Source: Macrostomum lignano (Eukaryota). From it: a stretch of DNA of 64,000 nt. The notes under the pieces are model-generated. The model saw nothing but the letters and a program-made list of their open reading frames with translations. It was not told where the DNA came from and searched no databases. Position numbers and translations under genes: made by a program. The DNA is taken from contig NIVC01000963.1 in assembly GCA_002269645.1 (NCBI GenBank), positions 1-64,000 of the forward strand, in the 5' to 3' direction. Of the stretch, positions 37,024-53,341 are shown piece by piece (the first letter of the stretch is position 1; every line of letters starts with the position of its first letter).

Positions 37024-37265
37024 GGCTGCGGTCCTGTGCTCCGAGTATTCTGCCTCGGGCTGCTCCGGCTGCTCAAGAACGTGACTTCTAGCTGACTGGC
37101 TTCAAGTGTTTATTCGCCAATTGACACCAGCGAAGCTGCTGATCTGAGAGCAATTCGCGCGTGACTGGACTGCCTTTTTAGCGATGATGAGCTGGGGATG
37201 CGCGCTCTGAGGTTGTTCCGGCCTTGTCCCTCTGCTGCTCGGCACGTGCCTGTTGCGGCCTCCGC

Positions 37266-37420
37266 CTTTTATCTTTGATGGAGAGAAGGAAAGCGAGGAC
37301 CGGGGGTGGGCTCGGTCCAATCCCCCCTGAGCAGTGTTTCCCACCATATTCCCCGCTACCGGTTTAGAAGGGGGGGAGGCAGCGGAGGGGAGGGAGGGAC
37401 CGCGCGAGGCGGTTCATTGG
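37266..37420 (-). promoter_or_regulatory. Putative Fer3 proximal promoter
   Basis: GATAAAAG TATA-like box (37266-37273), CTTTGAT TCF-like site (37273-37279), CCAAT (37416-37420). Motif matches only. Confidence 0.3.
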
Positions 37421-37861
37421 TCCGCGCCTTCCCATGCTCCCGGGAAAGTTAATTAGCGGCTGCGGCGGCACGGCTGCGCGCCCGAGTGTGAGAACCGCGG
37501 CCCGAGGGTTCTCATGAGCTCCCCTCTACAGGCTACAGATTGCCCCCGAAACGCCAAGGTGAAGACTTGTTTTCTAACGCACATGGGATTTATGGCCGAA
37601 TCAAGTTAGTAGGCGGTCCGCTGTCTGATCGATCGATTATAAAACTTATAGCTAATTCTGCTCAATATATGCTTGAGTTTTACAGCTTTTTACAGGCAAA
37701 TTTAAGATCCTTCTAGCGGTGGGAGTTCGTGCCGAACGAATGCGCTCAAAACTCCGGAGGGACTGCTCGGTGCGAAATTTTCAAGTCCATTGTTGACCTG
37801 CTGGCGGCAGGGCTGGACGGTTCGCATTTGAAAACACGTCGTAAAGACAAGCAGTTCTCTT

Positions 37862-39228
37862 AGACTATCGGTGATGGGGTGAGACTATTGGTGATGGGGT
37901 GAGACTATCGGTGATGGGGTGAGACTATCGGTGATGGGGTGAGACTTTCGGTGATGGGGTGAGACTATCGGTGATGGGGTGAGACTATCGGTGATGGGGT
38001 GAGACTATCGGTGATGGGGTGAGACTATCGGTGATGGGGTGAGACTTTCGGTGATGGGGTGAGACTATCGGTGATGGGGTGAGACTATCGGTGATGGGGT
38101 GAGACTATCGGTGATGGGGTGAGACTATCGGTGATGGGGTGAGACTTTCGGTGATGGGGTGAGACTATCGGTGATAGGGTGAGACTATCGGTGATAGGGT
38201 GAGACTATCGGTGATGGGGTGAGACTATCGGTGATGGGGTGAGACTATCGGTGATGGGTGAGACTATCGGTGATGGGGTGAGACTTTCGGTGATGGGGTG
38301 AGACTATCGTGATGGGGTGAGACTATCGGTGATGGGGTGAGACTATCGGTGATGGGGTGAGACTATCGGTGATGGGGTGAGACTTTCGGTGATGGGGTGA
38401 GACTATCGGTGATGGGTTGAGACTATCGGTGATGGGGTGAGACTATCGGTGATGGGGTGAGACTATCGGTGATAGGGTGAGACTATCGGTGATGGGGTGA
38501 GACTATCGGTGATGGGGTGAGACTATCGGTGATAGGGTGAGACTATCGGTGATGGGGTGAGACTATCGGTGATGGGGTGAGACTATCGGTGATGGGTTGA
38601 GACTATCGGTGATGGGGTGAGACTATCGGTGATGGGGTGAGACTATCGGTGATAGGGTGAGACTATCGGTGATAGGGTGAGACTATCGGTGATGGGGTGA
38701 GACTATCGGTGATGGGGTGAGACTATCGGTGATGGGGTGAGACTATCGGTGATGGGGTGAGACTATTGGTGATGGGGTGAGACTATCGGTGATGGGTTGA
38801 GACTATCGGTGATGGGGTGAGACTATCGGTGATGGGGTGAGACTATCGGTGATAGGGTGAGACTATCGGTGATGGGGTGAGACTATCGGTGATGGGGTGA
38901 GACTATCGGTGATGGGGTGAGACTATCGGTGATGGGGTGAGACTATTGGTGATGGGGTGAGACTATCGGTGATGGGTTGAGACTATCGGTGATGGGGTGA
39001 GACTATCGGTGATGGGGTGAGACTATCGGTGATGGGTTGAGACTATCGGTGATGGGGTGAGACTATCGGTGATGGGGTGAGACTATCGGTGATGGGGTGA
39101 GACTATTGGTGATGGGGTGAGACTATCGGTGATGGGGTGACACTATCGGTGATGGGGTGAGACTATCGGTGATGGGGTGAGACTATCGGTGATGGGGTGA
39201 GACTATCGGTGATGGGGTGACACTATCG
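37862..39228. repeat. 20-bp minisatellite GAGACTATCGGTGATGGGGT, ~68 copies
   Basis: Highly homogeneous array. Confidence 0.97.
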
Positions 39229-40865
39229 TACGGAGGGGGAGTATCGGAGAGAGGGTGAGAGCATCAGGAGCCCATGGGTGAGACTGAGTATCAAAATGCC
39301 GTCCAGTCGCTCGAGCTCCGCAAGGCTGGTTCGCAAGAATCCAATTGAATTTGGATAAAACGGCAAGGGGTTTCGAGGGCCAGGTGTAACCTTTCCCATT
39401 CCAGCACGCAGCTAACGGCTCGGTACATGCTAATGCTCACCTGTGGAGCCGCCCACATCCCCGGCTGTGATGGGTCTGCATGGTCGAGTCTGCAGCGGGT
39501 CTGCATGCATATTAATGCTGCTGATTTTCGCAATTCTCGCCCATAGGCAGCCTCGCCCGCATGCCACTTGATTTTGGGGATCACGGAGGATCAGACCAGC
39601 TCGATCGGTTATCCCAGCCCGAATAGTTAAGCACCAGCCCGCAGAGTCTGTGCTCGAATTCGATATGCGGCGGCCCGACACATGGCAACAGTGTAGCCAA
39701 AGCTGTATGGGACATTTCTGCAGGCCTGGAAGATTTCTCCCACTGCTTTGCTATTTTGGAAAACCATGCGCGGCCTTCCCTCATCGGGATTCGGATCCCA
39801 GATCATTTTTTGGCCATTCATCTTTCCAAATCACCCCCTGCACGACTTCATTTCCATACAATTCCCGCGCAAAGAAAGCCGCTCCGCACCTCTGGCCCGC
39901 AGCGGGGGCTCAGCGGATTTGCGGCTGCTCTATGCGGGCATCTCCGAGTCCGCCTGAGCTCCTGATTCCAAGAAATTTTCCACTGCGGCTCAGGCAGAGC
40001 CAAGGAGATCCGCATAACCTGCGCTTGGAGGCCCCACTGTAGTCAGTTCGCACACAAGAGTCAGAAGAGTTTCTGGTGTTTTTTTCAAAAAAAAAACAAT
40101 CCAAGACTACAGCAGAACAGTCTCATTTTCCTGAGCAATAGGCCACCATTCGGTATTTATTGAATTGTAGTTTTGAAATTGAAACTGAATATTTTTTATT
40201 CCTAGTAAATTGTTCAAAGTTTTGCATTCCTAACTTTTTCATGCCTACCGCAAAATATAGATTCTCCCAGGGTTTTCAAATATTGAATGTTATTTCTGGA
40301 TGCCATGGCATTTTTAGCAAGCTCGGAAAATGCTTCATCAGCCAAACCAAAGTTACGCTAAACTTAAAAATAATATGATGCGGGAAGAGTCGCTGGTCCG
40401 GGTTCGGGGCTCAGATCTCCATGGCACTGCAGCTTAGAGGCGGGCACGGGGGGGTTTGTGGTGGTCACACGTGTTCCTGACCAGCTGTTGCTCACCTCTT
40501 CTCAGCAGCTACCGCTGCGCCTCTCCTCCACAGCGGGAGCCGGGCTGTGATAAATAAATCCATGCGGTAGAGAAGTTTCTCTGCTCGCTCACCTACCAGG
40601 AGCCACTTGAGCAGACAGGGCCCGGGCTGAGGGCGGAGTGACCGACTGAAACCAACTCTTTAACAATCCATTCAGATCTGCCAGCTCTGCGGGCGGGAGG
40701 GGATTAGCGAGCTAATCCGGACCGCGGCTTGTGAAGCCAGTGGGGACTTGCGAACTGCTGCATTGCTGGGAAACTCTGTATATGAGGAAGGCTGCAAGGA
40801 CCAAATCTGTTCAATGATACTGAGGGCTGTAGCAGTGCGACCGTTCAAGTTTCTGAGCAATACTA

Positions 40866-41118
40866 GGGGTCTATGACCTCCTTCATAGTTTCTGTGAAAT
40901 ATTAGGGGATCTATGACCTCCTTCATAGTTTCTGTGAAATATTAGGGCGTCTGTGACCTCCTTCATAGTTTCTGTGAAATATTACGGGGTCTATGACCTC
41001 CTTCATAGTTTCTGTGAAATATTAGGGGATCTATGACCTCCTTCATAGTTTCTGTGAAATATTAGGGGGGTCTATGACCTCCTTCATAGTTTCTGTGAAA
41101 TATTAGGGGGTCTGTGAC
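40866..41118. repeat. 40-bp minisatellite, ~6 copies
   Basis: CTATGACCTCCTTCATAGTTTCTGTGAAATATTAGGGG units. Confidence 0.9.
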
Positions 41119-41344
41119 CTCTTGAATTTCGTGATATGTGGCCTGGTTTGATCTGGTTTCTAGAAAATCTAGGGGACTATGGCCTGTTTTCTAGAAAATA
41201 AAGGTGTATAACTTTCTGTAAAATAATACGGTACTATATGTGATAAATGACCTCCTTGCAAAGATTAAACAGGGAACTATAGGACATCCTTGTTTCTTAG
41301 GAAATAAAAGAGAACTATGAGATCCTGGGTTTTTAGGAAAAAGT

Positions 41345-41693
41345 TTAGGAAACAAGGGAACAGTGACATTCAGGTTTCTAGGAAACAAGGGAACAGTGAC
41401 ATTCAGGTTTCTAGGAAACAAGGGAACAGTGACATTCAGGTTTGTAGGAAACAAGGGAACAGTGACATTCAGGTTTGTAGGAAACAAGGGGAACAGTGAC
41501 ATTCAGGTTTCTAGGAAACAAGGGAACAGTGACATTCAGGTTTCTAGGAAACAAGGGAACAGTGACATTCAGGTTTCTAGGAAACAAGGGAACGGTGACA
41601 TTCAGGTTTCTAGGAAACAAGGGAACAGTGACATTCAGGTTTCTAGGAAACAAGGGAACAGTGACATTCAGGTTTCTAGGAAACAAGGGGAAA
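41345..41693. repeat. 33-bp minisatellite, ~10 copies
   Basis: GGAAACAAGGGAACAGTGACATTCAGGTTTCTA units. Confidence 0.95.
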
Positions 41694-42579
41694 CTTGACC
41701 TTCTGATTCATAGCGTCACAATTTCTGTTGTGAGTTCATGTCTTTCTGGCAAGCCAATGTACGACGGCATCCCAGTCGGACCCGTCGGCAGGCCAGGATA
41801 ATTGATTCCCGGGAGGAATGGCAGCCGACAAAGGGAAGCAGAGCGAAACAAAGGGATTCCCGTGCAATCGCAGCGGATTCACAGAGTTGCAGGCAGACTT
41901 GTGCCGAGCTCAGGGCGACATTGTCAGGTCCAACTTTCCTTTTGCAATTCATTCAAAGACAACAATATTCAGACCGGAATGACAATGGAGAACAACACAA
42001 TGGTCACGTGACCAGATCAAGCGCTCCCGCGGATTCTTCGCGCCAAATTTGAGCAGAATTGATGAATTATAATCCGCTAATTAATCTGCAGAGGCTGTCA
42101 CATTTTTATTTGTTTTTCCCAATGGCGCTCAGGAAGCTCCGGCTCAGTCAGCAACCACGCGGGCAGCTGTCGGAGGGACATCTCTACGCTCGTATCGCCG
42201 TGGCTTCCAGACCAAACATTGCGGATCTGTTTATCATGGAAATTCGGGCATTTGGAGCCGGTACAGGACACGCATTTTATTCCTTATTATTTTTCCCCGC
42301 CTGCCAGCCACTCGGCTCTGTTTTGTTTCAATGCACGCAACAGGTTCGGTCTTGTCACCAAGGCAGCAGCAGAGGATTATTGAGGAGCTCTACCGGCTGA
42401 CTCAACGATTAATTCTCGACGAAAAGGAAGCAGGAAGTTCTGACTGGGAGAACTGATCAGTAAACACTGACAGTTGAGCTGCTTGGAATTTCTGCGGTGG
42501 AGATGTCTCTGGCTTATTGTTGAACCGTCTGCTTGTTGCATCCTTCTAGCAACCATACAATGTTGGTGCGGGTTCCGGC

Positions 42580-45885
<3,306 letters not shown>

Positions 45886-48800
45886 CAATCCACCTGCCAG
45901 GAAAATATTTTTTCTGAGACACTTCAAGTTCGGAGAATTACACGATATTTCAAACACTGACAGCTAAATGACAGACTGACTTAAGTCGAAGCTGGCGCGC
46001 AGACCCTCAGCTGAAAATTCACTCTAGGCTGTCAGCAAGAATAATTGTAATGACTTTTGAGAACTTGTCGATGAAGAAATGGGAGGAGACTGAGCATGGG
46101 GATCTAAGTCTGGCATCCCATTGGGATGTTTAGACAGACAAAAGCAGCCCTCCTGCGCCCGCCACTTCAGCAGTCAAGTGGCGACACTCATATGAATCCT
46201 TGCGGCAGTGGCCGGGCCGGAGTCCATGCAGCTCAGCGGACTCATCCGAATGCTCACTCAGCTATGAAATCGGCTCAGCTGATCTCTCTGTTATTTTGAC
46301 TGCCACACGTGAAGGCAGAATCCGGTCACAGTGCCACCTCACTGTAAGCTTCTTCCGCCTTATTACTTAACTATCGAGTTTAAAAAGCGCGTCTTTTATT
46401 ATTTATTGAGTGAATCCTTTTGTCCTCCTAATAATTTGTTTCCAGCTTCAGTTGAAACTTCACTGTGTCTGTGTTAGTTCTCCATCCATTTAGAGTGAAT
46501 ACTAATTATAAATTGATATTTAACTAGCTTCTAATTCTAATATAAATCCCTTATAGCAACATTACAACATTGAATTAGCTCGTACAGCAACAGCAGTGTC
46601 AGTTGCATTACAGTATCGGTACTTCTGGAACAGATGTATTCCCTATAGTGCCCCTTTGTAGTGATGGATTTTGGTTAGTGAGCGGCCGTCTGCAACCAGC
46701 ACGCGCTGCTTGAGCATTTGATCACCGTAAAGGGCATGCATATTCAAGCGGACTGTCTTCGGTCGTTCAATCCTGGGTCGTTGCTAGGCGGTTGCTATAG
46801 GCAGCGTATGCATGTTCCTAATTTAAAAGTAAGTGGCGAAGGCTCCGATCGCGAACGCGATCGCGCGTGAAAGTGTTTGGCTTTTGGGAGCGCTGATTGG
46901 GGCTGCTGGAGCGCGGCCACACGAGTTGCCTGGCAATTCAAAATTTTGCTGCTGCAAGAACTCGAACTCATGCAGAACGCGGAAGCGCAAAAATGCCACG
47001 GAAATGACTAGGAGATTTTAATCTGATATTCGAAAATCACTACTTTAATCATTCGGTATATGTGATTGATGGGACACAAATGACCTTTTTTATATTTTAC
47101 TAATTTTAGTCACCTGGACTTGGATAAACAATCAATTGATCAAAGCGTCTTTCCATCGTCACTCAAAGCAAAAAAATCACGCGAAATCCTTTTGAAATTC
47201 ATTCATGAAATTTGCGAATTCGTACATGTAAATTGGATCATGCTTGAACGTCATCACTTAAATAAGGCAATATATACATGTATATCGGCAACTACATGTA
47301 GGCGTCCAAGACGACCGAAATTGCGATAATTAATTGACAATTGAATTACTTGCAAGTGAATTGTAATTTTTGCAATTGCTTACGATTATTGAATAGCAAT
47401 TATCGCAAAATTATTTTGAAAAGTTAATTCAATAAGATAATGGCATGATTTCACCATAGTCATGATTCGATCTGTTTCTATAAAGGGCATCTAAACAACA
47501 CATTTATTTACAAAGAAGGCAGGCAGAATAAGTGAGTTAAAAATTTCCTATGTAAATTTACATTTTATTCTACTATTAGTAACGATAGTAGAGTATATTT
47601 ATAATTATAAAGCTTGCAATTAGCTTGCGCAAGTCACTTGCAATATTCAGAATCGGTCGAATAAATAGAAAAACCATCCTCCATCAACTCCGCCCCTTCG
47701 ACCCCCTCCATCAGCTCCGCCCCTACCGCCCCCCTCCAACAGCTCCGCCCCTACCGTCCCCCCTTCATCAGCTCCACCCCTATCGCCCCCCTCCAACAGG
47801 TCCGCCCTTACCACCGCCCCCCATCATCTCCGCCCCTACCGCCCCCATCAGCTCCACCCCTACCGCCCCCATCAGCTCCGCCCCTCCAAAAGGTCCGCCC
47901 CAACGCCTCCCTTCATCAGCTCACCTACGACAAAGTAATGGTTAAACACAGCGTGCAGCTCTAAGACAGCGAATATACAGTTATCAACAAATCATTCTCT
48001 AGGAAACTTGATCGACACAAATAATTGGCACCAGTATTGCTTTCGACTATGTAAACGAGACTTGCGCCAATTCAAATAGGACGCCATACGAGATCTTTGC
48101 GAGTATTGCAAGACAACAGTGGCAGAAAAAGACTAGAGTGGGAAGTGAGTTGCTTGCTTCCTATTCAGGTTAGTATTTTGCGTTGGTCTAACTTAAGCCT
48201 GGGGCACAGACTGTGGTCAGGGAAAGAGCAGGGAAAGTGGAAGTAGGAAAAGTGACTCCAATTTTATTTACGTACCAAGATTTCCTTGGTTCTATCCGCG
48301 ATCCGAAGATCAAATATACTATAAGTCTGCGGAGCTCAGTCTGCTTTCCATATACTCGTACCTTTGCTTGAGGAGCATTTGGATCAGTGAGGAGTCTGGC
48401 TAAAGTCTCGTTTCGATTGCCAAAAGCGATACAGTATTACATTACAATGTATTTTAAGCGATTAAAATGGTCATTGCGCTATAAGTTGCATACAGATTCA
48501 TATTGGGGCCACACAATGTGAAATTATTGGCACAATGTTACGTCAATAAATGCAGAAGTATAGTATATAGTTGTAATACAGAAAAGCGACAATAGTTAGA
48601 CAATTACATTGGAAATTGAATTTCGCGATAGTATTACACCAACGCCACACGGCATTAACGCCGAACGGTGAAAAGTTAAACACAAGAAAAATGCACGGAC
48701 TTGAAAGTAAACGATTTGCTTGGTTGCGTCGGAATTAAATCAGTAAGAAGCATACGCTTTTTAAATTGCGAGTACCCGGTATGCACCATCACAGTTCGCA

Positions 48801-50073
48801 GCTGGGCAAATTATTCTGAAGAGAAGAAGAATTACGATTTTATTAGCAGAGCTACGAGAAGGGGACCCGCCGGGGGAGGAGGGGCTAGGGAAAGAGGAGG
48901 GTATAAAAGGCTATTTAAAAACACTGTAGCAGACGGGTTATGCATGACACAGTAAGTAAAACAGGGAGGAAGGCATAACCAAGGAGAGTAGAGGGTGGGC
49001 GCTGGAGTGGAGGAGAGGGAGGGCGCTGGAGTGGAGGAGAGGGAGGGCGCTGGAGTGGAGGAGAGGGAGGGCGCTGTAGTGGAGGAGAGGGAGGGCGCTG
49101 GAGTGGAGGAGAGGGAGGGCGCTGGAGTGGAGGAGAGGGAGGGCGCTGTAGTGGAGGAGAGGGAGGGCGCTGTAGTGGAGGAGAGGGAGGGCGCTGGAGT
49201 GGAGGAGAGGGAGGGCGCTGGAGTGGAGGAAAGGGAGGGCGCTGGAGTGGAGGAAAGGAGGGCGCTGGAGTGGAGGAGAGAGAGGGCGCTGGAGTGGAGG
49301 AGAGAGAGGGCGCTGGAGTGGAGGAAAGGGAGGGCGCTGGAGTGGAGGAGAGGGAGGGCGCTGGAGTGGAGAGAGAGGGCGCTGGAGTGGAGGAGAGGGT
49401 GGGCGCTGAAGTAGAGGAGAGAGAGGGCGCTGGAGTGGAGGAGAGGGTGGGCGCTGGAGGGGAGTAGAGGATGGGGGCTGGAAAGTAAAGGAAGAGAGGG
49501 TAGGGGCTAGAGAGGGGGAGGCGCTGGAGGTGGAAAGAGGGGATAGTAGAGGCTGGATAGGGAAAAGTATAACGCGGGAAGGAGAAGTATAGGAAAAGCA
49601 GGAGGGTATGGAGAGTATAGGGAGGGCATGGAGGGTATAGGGATGGTATGGAGGGTATATGGAGGGTATGAATGGGTATAGAAGGGTATGGAGGGTATAG
49701 GGAGAATATTGAGGGTATATGGAAGGCATAGAGGGTACAAGGAGGCCATGTATGGGTATAGAAAAAATATGGAGGGTATATGGAGGGTATAGAGGGTATA
49801 GGGAGAGTATTGAGGGTATAAGAAGGGTATAGAGAAGGTATGCAAGGGTGTAGAGAGGTATGGATGGATATAGGAAGTGTATGGAGGGCATAAGGGGTAC
49901 AAGGACGATATGGAAGTTAAAGGGAGGGCATGAAGAGTATACGGAGGGCATAAGGGGTACAGGGAGGGTATGGAGGGTATAGAACGGGTATAAAGGGGTA
50001 TAGGAATGGTATGGAGGGTATAGGGAGGGCATAAGGGATATAAGGAGGTATGGAGGGTGTAGAGAGGTATGGA

Positions 50074-50368
50074 CATACATGCGCAACGTCTAAAATTCGG
50101 TCGGCCGTGCGACTTAGTTTTAACAAAAATGCGACGTAGTTTTTGGCCAAAAATGCGACTTACATGTAAAAAACCCTAAAGCAAAATTAACGCAACTTTG
50201 GGTAAACGGCGGGAGTAACTATAACTGTCTTATCAGGCAAAAATGCCTCGTCAGCTACTTAGTACTACTGCGTGGGTATTTTTGGGTGGGCATTTTTGCG
50301 ACTTCCTTGGTTGGCTGCCAAATCAGTCGGCCGGATCGGCCGACTCGGCCGACTGTTGCGCATGTATG
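50074..50368. mobile_element. 295-bp MITE (hAT- or P-type)
   Basis: 14-bp perfect TIR CATACATGCGCAAC (50074-50087 / 50355-50368); 8-bp TSD GGTATGGA (50066-50073 / 50369-50376); subterminal TCGGCCG and AAAAATGCGAC repeats. Confidence 0.9.
50200..50263 (+). pseudogene. 28S rRNA fragment (helix 69-71 region, R2/I-PpoI target) inside the MITE
   Basis: GGGTAAACGGCGGGAGTAACTAT (23 nt) and AAATGCCTCGTCA (13 nt) match the eukaryotic LSU consensus as I recall it, at the correct 18-nt spacing. Confidence 0.88.
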
Positions 50369-52906
50369 GGTATGGATGGATATAGGAAGAGTATAGAGGG
50401 TATAGAGAGATTGGATAGGTATAGGAAGGATATGGAGGGTATGGAGAGATATAGGAAGGGCATGGAAGACATATTGAGGGAGGGTATTAAGGGTATAGAG
50501 TGTATAGGAAGGGTATGGAAGGTATAGGAAGGGTATGAAGGGTATAGGAAGGGTATGGAGGCATAGGGAGGGTATATAGGGAGGGTATAAATGGGTATAG
50601 GGAGATTATAGAGAGTATAGAGGGTATAGAGAGATATAGGGAGAGTATAGAGAGTATAGGAAGGTATGGAGTGTATAGAGGGTATATAGAGAGGATTAGG
50701 GTATAGGGAAGAGGTATGGAGGATGTAGAGAGATAAAGATGGGTATATGAAGGGTATGGATATGGAAGGTACAGAGAGAATATAGGGAGGGTATAGAGGG
50801 TATATAATTCTGCATCTAAAAAATTTGTTTCTTGGGTAAAAAAACAAAGCAAATTAGAAAACCTACTAAAAAAATAACAGGTCATTATTCCCTTAAGCTA
50901 TGTTAGCTATGGAAATTTTGCATTTAAAACAATTTCACCTATAGACTATTTTACCCCTAACTAAGCCAATTTGATTATGGCCACAATAATTTAGGGGCAA
51001 AAACAAAATTTAAATAACAAAAATGAGAATTTAATCAAAACATTCTTATTTTATAAATGTAGGCCTGGCCTAATGAAATTTTTTATGCTAGAAATTAACC
51101 ATTTAATTTTGTTTGGTTTTAAAAAATAAAATGCTTTGATATTAAAAGCTTATCCCCATGCATTAAAACTTGATTTATTTGGTAGGTCTATATTTAATGA
51201 TCAATGTGCTTCCCAACCCCATCAAGTTTGATTTTAATTTTTCTATGCCAATTGTTAAATAGGTTGTAAATTAGGCCTATCAAATAAAAAAATCAAAGTA
51301 CCTTAGTAATCTGCAATCACCCCATTCCAAATTTTCTGGATCCCAATCTGAAATGAAACCAATAGAATAGCCGAATAGGTCTAGTCTAGTCTAGTCAGTG
51401 TGGCAGAACCAGGTAGTAGGCCTAACGATGATGATATGATCTATTTTAATGATATTCTGACAATCCATCTATCTAGGCTAGCCCCCTAAGTCATATCTAA
51501 TATCCATATCTGTATTTTAGGGATCGCAGTCGCAGTCAGCTCAAACAAGCCTGCTGCTGGCACATATTGTACTCAAAATTAAGCATAGGCCCTATTCAAA
51601 ATTGATGATGTATCGAAAGTTGCTTTAGGAATAACTAACTCTGTACAGTGAAATGTATGTAACTCCCATTTTTTTATAAACGAATAGAAAGCAATACTAT
51701 TCAGTTGTGATTAGGCTACAATATTTCATTTAGACGGTACTAGTTTGTTTGTCATTGTGCAGGCAATATGTACGAGTATCCAGCATGCAGTAAAGGCAAC
51801 CAGCATGCTGGATATGCATGTTTATCGTACCTAAAATAGTGCTGAATTCGCGTATAAACTGCTGACACAATTGTGCTGAATTCGCGTATAAACTGCTGAC
51901 ACGGGTGATAATGGTTTAAAGTTTATGAACATGCGTGCAGAATTGAAAGTCTGCGACTGCGACGCCGCGCGCGCGCGCGACTTTCAGTATCAGTAGGAAC
52001 AGTGCAACGCAAGATATTAAGACTACAGTTCATTTCTTTTCTGTTTGTACTAATGTTCTGAGAGTCTGATGGTTGCCATGCATCAGTGCATAGGCCTAAC
52101 TCCAGGGGCCGCAAGCTGGGTATCCATGGTTGATTATTAAGTTGACGTCACGACCTGGCTGGCTAGAGTTTCGGAAAATTTGGATAGTTTATATAATTTA
52201 TATAGCCTATGTTGCATTTATAGGTTTTTCATATTTTAAATAGTTTTAAATATACATTTACTTTATTTGTTATTCTTATAAATTGAAATTGCTAGTTGAC
52301 TTACAATTAATGACCATTAATCAGGGGTCATTACTATTAAACCTATTAAATGACATGAAGTAAAATGAAATGACATTTTGATCTATGTTGACTTAGCTAA
52401 AATTGGTATAATAGGTTATATAGGCCTAATATATTATTACTGATTAGTGATTATTAGATGGAAAAAGTTTTCTAAATATAAAAAATCTTTTTTAATTTTG
52501 CTTATGTTATTTTCTTAAAACTTTCTTTGACAAGTATTAATGATAAAATTTGAATTTAATTTCTGATATTATTTAATTCATTTTCTAATAATTTTTGTTA
52601 TGTTAGAATGTCTAATAGTAAGTTTATGCTAGCATTGATGACTATGATATAAATTGTTTAGCTTTTTTAATTCTTTTATAAAAATGACTTACAAAAGTCT
52701 TAGTTTTTTATTATTGTAATACTATTATATATGCATGCATATATTATTATATATTATTGTATACTAGATTTTTGATAGAGCTCATTTTTGTTAACACTCA
52801 TCCTTATTCCTTATGTATGTTTTTTTTCAAAGAAGCATCCTTTGTTGTTTAAGATATAAACATTTAATCAAAATTAACTTTGGATCTACTTAGACTAGGC
52901 CTAGAG

Positions 52907-53232
52907 CAAGGAGTGGCAAACTCTAGCTTCCAGGCCAGATGCAACTCACAAAGACCATCTACCATGGATCCTTTAAAACTTCACAATAGCAATCTGGCCT
53001 ACTCAAGGTTTATGTCTCTTCTCAGTCTTACCTCTTTTTCTTATTTCCTGTATTGTTCTATCCTTTCTTTTCTCTCTACTACTCTTATCTATTTGATCTC
53101 TTCTCTCTTTTCTTGATTAATAAGCCTCTCTTTTCTCATATTTCTCTTCTCTATTACCTCTCCTCCCCACTTTGGCAGTCATGCGCTGGGTTCTCTATCT
53201 GGCCCTTGACACAAAAAGTTTGCCAACCCCTG
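52907..53232. mobile_element. Older hAT-type MITE
   Basis: TIRs CAAGGAGTGGCAAACT / AGTTTGCCAACCCCTG (CAGGGGTTGGCAAAC type); degenerate 8-bp TSD GCCTAGAG / ACTTAGAC. Confidence 0.65.
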
Positions 53233-53341
53233 ACTTAGACCATATTTTTTGGGAGGATTATAAATAATATGCTATGAGTAGACCTGTTTTGCTTTTTGCA
53301 TGTTCCTTTCTGAGAGTCTGAGAATAGCGAGAGACACAAGC

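Larger units (their letters stand above)
48995..50800. repeat. 24-bp GAGGGCGCTGGAGTGGAGGAGAGG array followed by degenerate AGGGTAT-rich purine repeats
   Basis: Tandem units, interrupted by the MITE at 50074-50368. Confidence 0.85.

Noticed and set aside
39291-40104. GC-rich ORF cluster with a possible donor at ~39440
   Set aside because: No family motif and no consistent exon chain.
50200-50263. Functional rRNA gene
   Set aside because: Only ~64-80 nt, diverged, and embedded in a MITE.
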